From Nitrospira sp. (GTDB lineage: Bacteria > Nitrospirota > Nitrospiria > Nitrospirales > Nitrospiraceae): a stretch of 64,000 bases of DNA. The stretch is taken from contig AP038806.1 of the NCBI GenBank assembly GCA_047150005.1, forward strand, positions 3,264,001 to 3,328,000. Reading direction: 5' to 3'. The notes below the pieces were generated by a model. That model was not told the DNA's origin. It saw only the letters and a list, made by a program, of their open reading frames with translations, and ran no database searches. Made by a program: the position numbers and the translations under genes. Positions 10,766 through 20,442 of the stretch are shown in pieces (the first letter of the stretch is position 1; the number at the start of each line of letters is the position of its first letter).

Positions 10766-11509
10766 ATGCCTGTCGAAAAAGAGGTGACGAGTCCCAACGC
10801 ATCCGCGCCAGCGTCGATCACGGGCAAGGTCATCCTGGCGGCGCTCTTCTTGGGCGCGATTGGCGCTTTCTACTTGTTCGATCTGAAAATCTATTTCTCG
10901 CTGGACCTGCTCAAAGCCAATAGGGAGCGGTTGCTTGCGTTCACGGAGAAGCACTATGTCACGGCCGTGCTGTTGTTCATCCTGACCTACATCGCGCAGA
11001 CGGCATTTTCGCTGCCCGGCGCGACGCTCATGACGCTCACCGGAGGCTTTCTCTTCGACAGTGTGCCGGCTGCGCTCTACGTCAACATCGGGGCCACGAC
11101 CGGGGCGACACTGGCTTTTCTGTCCGCTCGCTATCTGCTGCGCGATTGGGTCGAGCAGCAGTTCGGGCATCGGCTTGGAGCGTTCCAGGAAGGATTTGCG
11201 CGGAATGCGTTCAACTATCTGCTGACCCTACGGCTGATTCCGCTTTTTCCGTTCTTCCTGGTCAACCTCTTGTCCGGCCTCACGCGGGTCAGCGCAGTGA
11301 CCTATGTCGCCGCGACGGCCCTTGGCATCATTCCCGGCAGCCTGGTCTACACCTTTGCCGGGCGGCAGTTGGGTACCATCAATTCGCTCGGCGAGCTGGC
11401 GTCTCCGCGGTTGCTGCTGGCTTTCACCGCGCTGGGGCTTCTCTTCCTGATGCCGATTGCCTATAAGCGATTGATTCAGACGCCGCCAGGCCGGAGGCGG
11501 GATACGTGA
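10766..11509 (+). CDS. TVP38/TMEM64 (VTT domain) membrane protein
   Basis: SLPGATLMTLTGG, LRLIPLFPFFLVN, TALGIIPG. Confidence 0.88.
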   Translation: MPVEKEVTSPNASAPASITGKVILAALFLGAIGAFYLFDLKIYFSLDLLKANRERLLAFTEKHYVTAVLLFILTYIAQTAFSLPGATLMTLTGGFLFDSVPAALYVNIGATTGATLAFLSARYLLRDWVEQQFGHRLGAFQEGFARNAFNYLLTLRLIPLFPFFLVNLLSGLTRVSAVTYVAATALGIIPGSLVYTFAGRQLGTINSLGELASPRLLLAFTALGLLFLMPIAYKRLIQTPPGRRRDT

Positions 11510-12780
11510 AGATGTCCATGACGGTCAAGGTCGCGATCGGTGCGGTGGTACTTGCAGGTCTCGTCTACCTCTATTATACGGAGGTGAAGCCGACCGTCAT
11601 CTTTGGATTGCGGTCGGACTACGCGCATGCCATCCCATACCAGGCGATTCCGGAAGGACTGACCAGTCTCAAGGCCGAGTCCTGTGGGACCTGCCATACC
11701 GAGATCTACAATGAATGGAAAACCAGCATCCATTCGTATGCCTATCGTGATCCCTTCTTTCAGGCCTATTGGACGAAGGACAAACACGTGTGGGTCTGTC
11801 TCAATTGCCACGCACCGCTGGAAAATCAGCAGCCGACCTTGATCAAGGAGATTCCGCGCCAGCGGGTCGAAAAAGCGGTTCAGGAGCAGAACCGGAGCTA
11901 CGACCCGGAGTATCAGCAGGAAGGGGTGACGTGCGCCGCCTGCCACGTCCGGGACGGGGTGATTGTAGGTCCTTACGAAGACTCCGCGGCACCGCATCCG
12001 ACCAAGTTTGATCCGAACTTCAGGACGCCGCAGCTCTGTTATCGCTGTCACAACGTGCAGTCCGGTCCGGCGCAGTTTTACAACGTCGGACCCTGCGGGA
12101 CTTATGCGGAGTACGAGGGCAGGTATTTCATGAAAGAGCGGGGTTTCATCTGTCAAAGTTGCCACATGCCCGAGATCATCAGGCCGATGGCGGTCGACAG
12201 TCCTCTCAGGCACGGACGCCAGCATCTCTGGCGCGGTGGGCACGATCCTGCAATGGTCAAAAGCGCCGTGGCTGTTCAGGTCACGGCTGAACCGCCGCAA
12301 CCCAAACCGGGAGAAGACGTGCAGGTCACGCTGACGTTGGTCAACGCCGGGGCCGGCCATAAGCTCCCGACCGGCGACCCGGACCGGCACTTCACCGTCG
12401 AGTTCACCGTCACGGATCTGCAGGGCAAAGTGGTCAAGGAACAGCGGGAGACGATGGGGCGCTGGATTATGTGGCAACCGGCGATCGTGGAGCTCTATGA
12501 CAATCGTCTCCTGCCGCTGGCCAGCCGTGAGTACTCGTTTGCGTACCGGGTGCCGAAGACGCCGGCCGGATTCACGCTGAAAGCGACGGTGCGCTACCAC
12601 ATTCAAAGCGAGCGGCAGCACCGCATGCTCGTCGACGAGTTCGGACTTACGGCCGACGATCCGTACCACTTCACAGTTTACGAGCGGGAGGTTCCGCTCG
12701 CCGGCGATCTTGCCGCGTTCTTCGACGATCCGGCCACGGCGCATCCGCAACCGACCTGTGCTGCGACGGGCCGGGGATAG
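11506..12780 (+). CDS. Membrane-anchored pentaheme c-type cytochrome
   Basis: Five CxxCH (CGTCH, CLNCH, CAACH, CYRCH, CQSCH), GAGHKLPTG motif, N-terminal TM; GTGA overlap with upstream gene. Confidence 0.88.
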   Translation: MKMSMTVKVAIGAVVLAGLVYLYYTEVKPTVIFGLRSDYAHAIPYQAIPEGLTSLKAESCGTCHTEIYNEWKTSIHSYAYRDPFFQAYWTKDKHVWVCLNCHAPLENQQPTLIKEIPRQRVEKAVQEQNRSYDPEYQQEGVTCAACHVRDGVIVGPYEDSAAPHPTKFDPNFRTPQLCYRCHNVQSGPAQFYNVGPCGTYAEYEGRYFMKERGFICQSCHMPEIIRPMAVDSPLRHGRQHLWRGGHDPAMVKSAVAVQVTAEPPQPKPGEDVQVTLTLVNAGAGHKLPTGDPDRHFTVEFTVTDLQGKVVKEQRETMGRWIMWQPAIVELYDNRLLPLASREYSFAYRVPKTPAGFTLKATVRYHIQSERQHRMLVDEFGLTADDPYHFTVYEREVPLAGDLAAFFDDPATAHPQPTCAATGRG

Positions 12781-12846
12781 AGTCCCCGTCACGTCCATTC
12801 GACGTCTGCCTGTCTGTATCAGGATCGAGAGTGGTCGGTTGGACGG

Positions 12847-13341
12847 TCAGGAGGTCTGGATCCGTCCGCTGGGCCGCCGCTCCTCAAAGGCGACGGCTGC
12901 CGCTTCGATGGCTTTACGGAATTCCAGAGGTGCATGGATACCTGCGAAGGTTTCTCTCGTGGATCCGGTGCCGGTGACGTAGATCGTGCCGAAATTGAAA
13001 AGCCGACCCCAGAGGGTTTGCTCGACTCCGATATTTTCGACTTTGGTGAGGAGCGTTTCCAGAGTATGCCGTCCGACGATGCCGGTCTTGATCAAGACGC
13101 GCTTATCGCTGACGGCAAATTCAGAACAACGCCAGGTCAAATAGGCCGACAGCACCGCGCTTGCAGGGACTATGAGGATGACCAGCGACCAATAGGGGTC
13201 GAATCCTTGGCTGATTGCGAATCCAACGAAAGCGAAGCCGAGGATGGTCAGCAGAGAAGGACCAACGAAGAGTTTCCAATGCAAGTGCGCGCGGTAGTGA
13301 ACTTGTTCGCCTGGCAGGAGATTATCGTCAATGTACCCCAC
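12847..13341 (-). CDS. Bacterial PH-domain (bPH_2-like) membrane protein
   Basis: Two TM helices then EFAVSDKRVLIKTG...GRLFNFGTI. Confidence 0.8.
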   Translation of the reverse strand: MGYIDDNLLPGEQVHYRAHLHWKLFVGPSLLTILGFAFVGFAISQGFDPYWSLVILIVPASAVLSAYLTWRCSEFAVSDKRVLIKTGIVGRHTLETLLTKVENIGVEQTLWGRLFNFGTIYVTGTGSTRETFAGIHAPLEFRKAIEAAAVAFEERRPSGRIQTS

Positions 13342-13425
13342 CCGCTCTTCTTAGCAGAGCCGTCCTATGATTGCTACTGCCGGCTCGGAGCGCTGTCAGG
13401 GATCGATCGGCGGCACATGCATGAG

Positions 13426-14724
13426 CTAGCGGTGCCCTCCACCGCGGCCGCCACCACCGAGCCGTCCGAAGGCGCGCCCTCCCTGCTGGAAGTGATGAGG
13501 GATCGTATAAGGAGCACGGAGCACCGGGGGATGGGGTTGTGCGGTATGCGGCGGGTGAACCTGCTGCAGCGTGGGAGGCAACGGGGACGGCAACGGCGGC
13601 AAAGGAGTAAGCGACGGTCCTCGACGCATTTGAGCGTTGGTCACGGCATTGGAAGAGGCGGGAGGGAGAGCCTGTGTCGGGATCGGAGGCCGCATGGCGT
13701 TCGTGCCGGCCGCTGCTGAGGGCAGGGATGGAGAGGGTGGTGCGGGAGAGGGCGGCACGAGCAATGAGCCGGAAGACGAAGCCGGCGGAGGCACGCCGAG
13801 CGGCGCGGAGGCCGAGCCGACCGATTGTGCCGAAATCACTTGCTGCACCGTGGGCAGGTGACGATTGTTCGGCTGGAGCCGTTGAGCCTGCACCAGAAGT
13901 CCACGAACCTGCCGCAGGCCGATCGACCGGGACGGGTAGATTCCCGGCGTCACGTAGACCCAATCGGTCCAGGCCTGCGACACGAGGGCGTTGGCCTGGA
14001 GTTGGTTGAGTAGTTCCTCCCGCTGGCGGCTCGCGGCCTGTACTTCCTCGGGCGAGACGGCTGCGGCCAGAGTCTGGTTTGCGATATCCAGTTGCCGGCG
14101 CAGCTGATCCGTTTCCGATCGCAGCGCCACGAGTTCGGTCTTGGCGCTCTCGTTTTCCCGAAGAGCCATGATGGCTTGCGCGACTTCAGCGGGGTCGACC
14201 TGGGCGGTCAAATCGGCTCGGATGACGATGGCGTCCCCATCGAGGAGGGTGCTGATCTGTTGATCGACAACCATGACGATCCCGGCCGTGTAGGTGCGGA
14301 TCTCGTCTCTGGTGAGTTCCATCCCCGTCACCTCGGTGATGCTTTCCAGATACGTGGCCACCTGTTCAAGCGCCTGTCGTTTGGCCGCCTCGACGGCCAG
14401 GCGGGTTGCATCACTTTTTGTGTCGTGATCTCCCATCCGGTATTCGCCGCTGGCCGTCACCACGCGTACATGTTCGGAGGGCGGCCGTTGCGCAGCCGGC
14501 ACGACGGGCGGATTCGAGACGGGGCCGAGATCGAGCTGGGTGACCCGGCTCTGGAACTTCTCGGGAATCGAGCTCAGCTCGGTCGTGAAGTTCTGCGTGC
14601 CGGAGTCGTCGGTATAGGTGTAGATCGTCGTTGCAGCGGAAACCGGAGCATGGACGGCAGCAAGAGCCGCGATGATGGGACAGAGCCAGAACCGCAATCC
14701 GAGCCGGCCACTCCAGGCGAACAT
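13426..14724 (-). CDS. Secreted DUF4124-like protein with coiled coil and Pro-rich tail
   Basis: Signal peptide, IYTYTDDSGTQNFT motif, Pro-rich C-terminus. Confidence 0.7.
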   Translation of the reverse strand: MFAWSGRLGLRFWLCPIIAALAAVHAPVSAATTIYTYTDDSGTQNFTTELSSIPEKFQSRVTQLDLGPVSNPPVVPAAQRPPSEHVRVVTASGEYRMGDHDTKSDATRLAVEAAKRQALEQVATYLESITEVTGMELTRDEIRTYTAGIVMVVDQQISTLLDGDAIVIRADLTAQVDPAEVAQAIMALRENESAKTELVALRSETDQLRRQLDIANQTLAAAVSPEEVQAASRQREELLNQLQANALVSQAWTDWVYVTPGIYPSRSIGLRQVRGLLVQAQRLQPNNRHLPTVQQVISAQSVGSASAPLGVPPPASSSGSLLVPPSPAPPSPSLPSAAAGTNAMRPPIPTQALPPASSNAVTNAQMRRGPSLTPLPPLPSPLPPTLQQVHPPHTAQPHPPVLRAPYTIPHHFQQGGRAFGRLGGGGRGGGHR

Positions 14725-14848
14725 CCTGCTCCTCTCATGCCATCCTGATCAGCTTAACACGAGGCGCAGGTTCGGTTCTTCCAAGACGGCACGCACCTGA
14801 GAGCATCCATGCCGACGAAGCGTCCATGACCGGACGTTCTCCATCGAG

Positions 14849-14877
14849 TTGACAGCCGCATCGGCGCGTCGTAGCCT
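14849..14877 (+). promoter_or_regulatory. Putative sigma70 promoter of the yqgE-like gene
   Basis: TTGACA-N17-TAGCCT. Confidence 0.55.
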
Positions 14878-14997
14878 TGCGACCCGTACCATCACCGTAC
14901 TGTCGACAAGCCGGGGCACGCGATCATGGTCCTCTCCGTTTCGAGAGTCCGGTTGTCCGCTCCATCCGGTGGCGCGTATGGATTGACCGCGACGGGG

Positions 14998-15594
14998 ATG
15001 ATGGCCTGGGCGCTGCTGGTCATTCTGGTCACTGCGCCGGCCTGGGCGGAAGGGAACTTTGCCCCATCGTCCGTCAAGAAGGGTGTCCTCCTGGTGGCCA
15101 GCCCGACCCTGGACGATCCGAACTTTCGTGAGACGGTCGTGCTCATCATCGAGCATGGTGAAGAGGGAACGCTCGGGGTCATTGTGAATCGTCCGACCGG
15201 CGTCCTGCTCTCTGAGGCCCTTCCGGACATCGCGGCGCTCAAGGGAACGACCTATCGGCTGTTCGCCGGAGGACCGGTGCAGCCGGCTCAGTTGCTCGTG
15301 CTGTTTCGTCTGAAGGAGCCTTTGGCTGATGCACGATCGGTGTTCGACGGGGTGTATGTGGGGGGTACGCCGAGGACGTTGGAACGGGTCATCAAGGAGC
15401 CCAAACCGACCGAGACATTCAGGGCCTTTGCCGGGTCTGCCGGATGGGCCCCGGGGCAATTGGCTTACGAGATGCATCAAGGAGCGTGGGCGACACTGCC
15501 CCCTGATTCCGCCGGTATCTTCGACCGGGATCCCTCCACCTTTTGGCGAGACTGTATCAGCCGGCTTCAGGCGCCCAGGGCGATCGCCTACTGA
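14998..15594 (+). CDS. YqgE/AlgH family protein with signal peptide
   Basis: LLVASPTLDDPNFRETVV, GVIVNRP, GGPV, GWAPGQL. Confidence 0.85.
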   Translation: MMAWALLVILVTAPAWAEGNFAPSSVKKGVLLVASPTLDDPNFRETVVLIIEHGEEGTLGVIVNRPTGVLLSEALPDIAALKGTTYRLFAGGPVQPAQLLVLFRLKEPLADARSVFDGVYVGGTPRTLERVIKEPKPTETFRAFAGSAGWAPGQLAYEMHQGAWATLPPDSAGIFDRDPSTFWRDCISRLQAPRAIAY

Positions 15595-15604
15595 GTGGCC
15601 CTAG

Positions 15605-15881
15605 CAGGATGTTGAAAAAGTCCTCCCGCTTCGTTCTCACGTTACTCAGAGGCTCAACGTACGGTTCGGGAAAATGACTATTCCCAGTGACGCTCGTTCT
15701 TCCTCGCGCCGTACGCCTCGCGGTGACCCGTTGCCTGCGTAACGGCGCGTCTTGACGCGCCGCGGTTGGGCATGTGAGAACCGGGTCCGTTTTGAACATT
15801 CTGTGGGCGATACTGATTCGGTCCGTGACCTCCAAGCGACTGCCCGTCCCGGGGGTGTCACAGTAGCTTTTCAGCAACCTG
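15605..15881. mobile_element. MITE-like non-autonomous element flanked by CTAG
   Basis: Ends CAGGATGTTGAAAA and TTTTCAGCAACCTG (14-bp IR, 2 mismatches); CTAG at 15601-15604 and 15882-15885; no credible CDS. Confidence 0.75.
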
Positions 15882-16200
15882 CTAGCTGAATCGCGTCGTA
15901 AGCACCTGCAGCGTGCGGTTCAACCGCGTTTGATAAGTCGTGGAGACCGCCTGGAATTCGACGCCGATTTGACGCGCTTTACACCACCGGACAACGGCTT
16001 GTTCGATCAGGATCAGCGTGCTGCCCTCCGAGAAACACAGGAGCAAGTTCACCTTCATGCCCGCCGAGAGCTGCAAAGGGCTTTCGAGACGGCAGCCCGC
16101 TCGGGAGAGGTCCAACGATTTGGTGATGAGATGCGGATAGTTCTGATAGGAAACCGTCCCTGTAAATGTCACGGGAAACCGAGGTTCTAGTCTCAAGTTG
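15882..16200 (-). CDS. PilZ domain protein (start uncertain)
   Basis: RLEPRF (RxxxR) and DLSRAG (DxSxxG), AVVRW, GVEF; paralog of 18286-18642. Confidence 0.75.
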
Positions 16201-16431
16201 GTACACGTATCCTTTCCGCAGCGGCTGCCGCATATGTATGATGGAAATACTGGCACACTACCGTGCAATGCAGAGCTGATGCCACCGGTTTTGGATGCGC
16301 GAAGTGTAAATTTCCTCGTGATTTCTTGGATTGTCGTCTCGGCAGCGCGAAGGACCGGGTCATTCTCGCCACAGGGGTGAAGGGAATTGAGAACGGTTGC
16401 AGCCTTCATCGCGGATCCGTAAGATGCTCTT

Positions 16432-17166
16432 ATGAATCCGAACCAAACCTCACGCATCAAAACCAACGCTCCCGCTCCTTATGAATTGACGGCCGTCCAT
16501 CAGGATACGCACGACACAAAGACGTTCTGCTTCGCTCTGCCGGACGAGGCCACGCTGGATCTCCTCCCGGGTGACCATCTCTACGTGCATGCGACGATCA
16601 ACGGCAAAGCCGTGAAGCGCCCCTATACGCCGTCGTCCACGCCGGGCACCACGGGATATTTCGATTTAACGGTGAAGCGATACGAGGCCGGCACGGTCTC
16701 AAGGTACCTCCATGACCGGAAGGTTGGGGACAGGGTGCTCATGAGCGGGCCCTATTCCGGAGGTCACTGGGTGGACGGGATGGCGACCCAGGTCGGATTC
16801 GTGGCCGGTGGCACCGGCATCACGCCGATGATTTCGATCATTCGTTGGATTCTTGCGAAGAGCCTGACGGTGGAATTGTCTCTGGTCTACGCCAATAAAA
16901 CCGAGGCCGACATCATCTTTCGGGACGAGTGGGACGAGAATGCGCGTGAACACGCGAGTTTTCGCTGCTATCACGTGCTGGAGCAGCCGCCTTCGGGGTG
17001 GTCGCAGGGGGTCGGCCGTATCACCGAGGAGATACTTCGAAAGCAATTGCCGGCGCCGGGGCCAGGCACGGTTGTGTTTCTTTGCGGTCCTCCCGTGATG
17101 GTCGATGCCTTGGAAGTCACGTTGAAAACGATCGGTCACGCCGAACAAGCCATCATTCTTCCCTGA
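16432..17166 (+). CDS. NADH-cytochrome b5 reductase-like FAD/NAD oxidoreductase
   Basis: RPYTP, GTVSRYL, AGGTGITPM, LCGPPVM. Confidence 0.88.
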   Translation: MNPNQTSRIKTNAPAPYELTAVHQDTHDTKTFCFALPDEATLDLLPGDHLYVHATINGKAVKRPYTPSSTPGTTGYFDLTVKRYEAGTVSRYLHDRKVGDRVLMSGPYSGGHWVDGMATQVGFVAGGTGITPMISIIRWILAKSLTVELSLVYANKTEADIIFRDEWDENAREHASFRCYHVLEQPPSGWSQGVGRITEEILRKQLPAPGPGTVVFLCGPPVMVDALEVTLKTIGHAEQAIILP

Positions 17167-17440
17167 CGTGCTCCGATAGTCTCCCTCGCGGACCGTCCGC
17201 AGAGGATTTCTTGACGCCCGGCGATCCCGGGCGTAGGGTTTTCATCGTGATCAAGCCAAGGAGTCTCTACGGCGTCGCCCTGGATGGATGATCCACATCT
17301 ACCCCTTCGAGCGATTCCCGCCAAGATCTGGACCCCCTGACGGCCTAGGCGCTGCGCTTGCGGCCCGCGTCAATGAGTGCCGCCGGGATGCCGGTTCGCC
17401 CTGGTGCATCCCGGAGACATCGGTCCCTCGCCCGAAACCC

Positions 17441-17938
17441 TCAAGATGGATTGTCGACGTCCAAGACCGTCAGTGTGACGATGAGCGGCTTCCCCGCCAG
17501 CGGGTGATTGAAATCCACGACGGCCGTCGTCTCCGACATCTGGGTCACAGTGGCCTGGTGTCCCGACTGATCTTCCAGGATGTCGCCGGGTTTTGTTCCC
17601 TTCGGCAGTTCGCTGGTTGAAACGATGGTTTTCTTCCTGGGATCGTATGGCCCAAACCCCTGATCGGGAGTCAGATCGATCTGCGCTTTGTCGCCCCGCC
17701 TCATGCCCGCCATCGCGCGTTCCAACGCCGGCAGCATTTGGTGCTTCCCTTGGACAAATTGACTCAGGTCCCGGACTTCAAATTGCTCGTCGCCCGGTAC
17801 AGTGATTTGATAGAGCAGTGTGACCGTCGATCCCTCCCTGATGGGCATGGACTCGCCGGCGGCGGCCTGAGGCAACCCGGTCAGACTGATCATGACCGCC
17901 GATATGGTTGATACGATCAGATAGCGAAATGTGTTCAT
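17441..17938 (-). CDS. FKBP-type PPIase (SlyD-like) with N-terminal signal peptide
   Basis: PALERAMAGM, PDQGFG, VVDFNHPLAGKPL. Confidence 0.85.
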   Translation of the reverse strand: MNTFRYLIVSTISAVMISLTGLPQAAAGESMPIREGSTVTLLYQITVPGDEQFEVRDLSQFVQGKHQMLPALERAMAGMRRGDKAQIDLTPDQGFGPYDPRKKTIVSTSELPKGTKPGDILEDQSGHQATVTQMSETTAVVDFNHPLAGKPLIVTLTVLDVDNPS

Positions 17939-18285
17939 GGTGTCCTCCTCGGTTCATACAGCGCGCTGGTAGACCGCCGTCTCACGATTCACACCGCAAG
18001 GTGTTTGCCAGCGAGGAGAATGACAAAAATGCCAGAGATGATATGGAGTTAGCCCAAGTGTCTTACGGCTGACTCAACCGTTGGAGAAGCACAGGAAGGC
18101 GACGTTCTGCGCGACAACCGGCAAAAGCTGCCTGTTTGTGCTCTGTTGTGTGACACGACAATCTGTTCGACCACGAACAGGATGCGCAAGCGATGCTGGG
18201 AGGATCCCTCGCTCCTGTCTATTGCCGCTGGCTTGTTTTCAGACCGGCTGGTCTACGGCGGCCGGTATGGATTGTATCGAATGGA

Positions 18286-18642
18286 TCACATGGTGCTCGT
18301 GGAGGGGGGGCAGGGATACTCATGGTCGATGGCGGCTTCGAAGCGCCGGAGGGTCCGGTCCAAACGCTCGCGGTGAGGAGAGGAGAGAGATTGAAATTCA
18401 AGGCCCATATCGCGAACGCCGCACCACCGGACGACCGCTTGTTCGATGAGGATCGGCGACTCGCCTTCCGGGAGGGAGAGCAGGAGATTGACTTTCATCC
18501 CGGCGTAGGCTTCAAGAGGACTTTCGACTCGGCAGCCGTTCCGCGACAGATCGAAGGACTTCGTAATCTGGTGCAGGCGGTTCTGATATCCCAGCGTCCC
18601 GAAGAAGGATACCTGGAAGCGGGGCTGCTGTCGGATGACCAT
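18286..18642 (-). CDS. PilZ domain protein
   Basis: RQQPRF, DLSRNG, AVVRW, GLEF; GAGAGG upstream of ATG 18642. Confidence 0.8.
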   Translation of the reverse strand: MVIRQQPRFQVSFFGTLGYQNRLHQITKSFDLSRNGCRVESPLEAYAGMKVNLLLSLPEGESPILIEQAVVRWCGVRDMGLEFQSLSSPHRERLDRTLRRFEAAIDHEYPCPPSTSTM

Positions 18643-18904
18643 ATGATGCCTCTCTGTTGATCGACGATGGACGTACAACGACTCCATTCAGTCGAGCATG
18701 CAGAGCCGATGCCCGAAGCGGTGCTTAATCTCCATTGATTTTTCTACGATTGCGCCTTACCGAACCAAGTTGTTCCGTCCATTCGTGGCCACCGGTGAAG
18801 GCCATCGAGAACGGCGGCTCAGACGATGCGATGTGCAGGCGGGCGTATTGCTCACGGCAACATCCACCGTAGCGATATTGTCCGACCGATGTTCCCGCTC
18901 GTTG

Positions 18905-18933
18905 TTGACACAGGATGCGGTACGAAGTAGCCT
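18905..18933 (+). promoter_or_regulatory. Putative sigma70 promoter upstream of cupin gene
   Basis: TTGACA-N17-TAGCCT. Confidence 0.55.
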
Positions 18934-19110
18934 GCCCGCTCATCTGGTCGGTCGATCTTGCAGGAACTCCCGTGCAGGTTTGCGACGGCTTTCGAGTCAA
19001 GCCCAGCAACCTGTGACCGTGGGTCCGGCGAAGATCCGCGCCGACAAACCGTGAGGGCTCCCCCTCGGAGCCACGGTGACTGTCAACCTTCAGACACATG
19101 AGGACTTCAT

Positions 19111-19557
19111 ATGATGATGACTGTTGCATCAGCCGCAGACCGCCCGGCGGCTGGGACGATGATCTGGGTGCTTGTAGCCCTGGTTTTGGCGGCGCCGACG
19201 ACCGTACTGGCAGGAGATCCCACATCGATGCTCATCCAGCAAAGCCTGCCGGATATTCAGGGGAAGGTCGCCACGGTGTTGACCGTGCAGTACGCGCCAG
19301 GAACGGCATCCGATGCGCACCAACATCCCGGTTCGGTGTTCGGGTATGTCTTGGAAGGGGCGATGGTCAGTCAATTGGAGGGAGAGAAGCCGGTGACCTA
19401 CAGCGCCGGGCAGAGCTGGTATGAGCCTCCGGGGCAGCCGCACGTTGTGCTGAGGAATGCCAGCCGGGAAGTGCCGGCTAAGATTCTCCTCTTCATTCTC
19501 GCGCAGGAAGGTGAGGCGCTCAAGTCGCCGGTGACGCTGTCCGACAGCGGGAAGTAA
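19111..19557 (+). CDS. Cupin domain protein (secreted)
   Basis: AHQHPG...YVLEG and WYEPPGQPH cupin motifs, signal peptide. Confidence 0.82.
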   Translation: MMMTVASAADRPAAGTMIWVLVALVLAAPTTVLAGDPTSMLIQQSLPDIQGKVATVLTVQYAPGTASDAHQHPGSVFGYVLEGAMVSQLEGEKPVTYSAGQSWYEPPGQPHVVLRNASREVPAKILLFILAQEGEALKSPVTLSDSGK

Positions 19558-19773
19558 GGCCTCTCGGATTTCCCGTGCTCTGCGGACATGTCACGCAGGG
19601 CGCCGGGGGAATCACGCCCGCAGCTCCAGATTCCTCTCTGGTCCTGATCGGTCCCGCTGAGCTTTGTGACCAACCGCCGGCCTGTCAAGTTCTGTCGGAG
19701 ACCTGTCGAAGGAGTCTCCCGTACGTCATCGACCTTGCAGGGCTGAGCGGACGAGACTGAAGAACCCCGAGCC

Positions 19774-20400
19774 ATGGAAACCGGCCTTCATTGGATTGAG
19801 CAGTACGGATACGGCGGCCTGTTCGTCCTGCTGATGCTGGGCGTACTGGGGCTTCCGGTGTCGGATGAGACGCTTTTGGTGTTTGCGGGCTATCTGAGCG
19901 CGAAGGGCACCCTGAGAATTGAGGCTGCCTTCGTCGCTGCGTTTCTAGGAAGTGTGACTGGCATCAGCCTCAGCTATGCAATCGGGCGGCTCATCGGCCT
20001 CCCGGCTCTCGAAAAGTTCGGCCATGTGGTCCATATGAGACCGGAGCATCTGGCCTCGTCACGCCTATGGGTCGAACGCTGGGGAAAGTACTCCCTCCTC
20101 GTGGCCTACTTCATTCCCGGCGTCCGCCATCTGGCCGCGCTCCTGCTGGGCGCCTCGATGCTCCCGGCGGCAGTGTTCGCGAGGTTCGCCTACGCAGGGG
20201 CATTGGCCTGGTCCGCCAGTTTTATCGGCCTCGGGTACGTCGCCGGAGATGAGTGGACCAGATTGTCTCCGCTGATTCATCGAACGCTGACGATTGTTAT
20301 CCTCCTGGTGCTGCTCGCGCTGTCGATCGCGTTATCGGCATATCTGATTCGACGGGCCAAGCCATTGCCGGCCGCTCAGCAGCCCGTGCAGGGAAAATAG
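19774..20400 (+). CDS. DedA family membrane protein
   Basis: GLPVSDETLL, SYAIGR, FIPGVRH. Confidence 0.88.
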   Translation: METGLHWIEQYGYGGLFVLLMLGVLGLPVSDETLLVFAGYLSAKGTLRIEAAFVAAFLGSVTGISLSYAIGRLIGLPALEKFGHVVHMRPEHLASSRLWVERWGKYSLLVAYFIPGVRHLAALLLGASMLPAAVFARFAYAGALAWSASFIGLGYVAGDEWTRLSPLIHRTLTIVILLVLLALSIALSAYLIRRAKPLPAAQQPVQGK

Positions 20401-20442
20401 AGGGTGGCGCCGGAATCCGATTCACCACGAGGGGGAACGGTC

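Noticed and set aside
16251..16268. Sigma54 promoter TGGCAC...TGC
   Set aside because: GG-GC spacing is off by one from the strict -24/-12 consensus.
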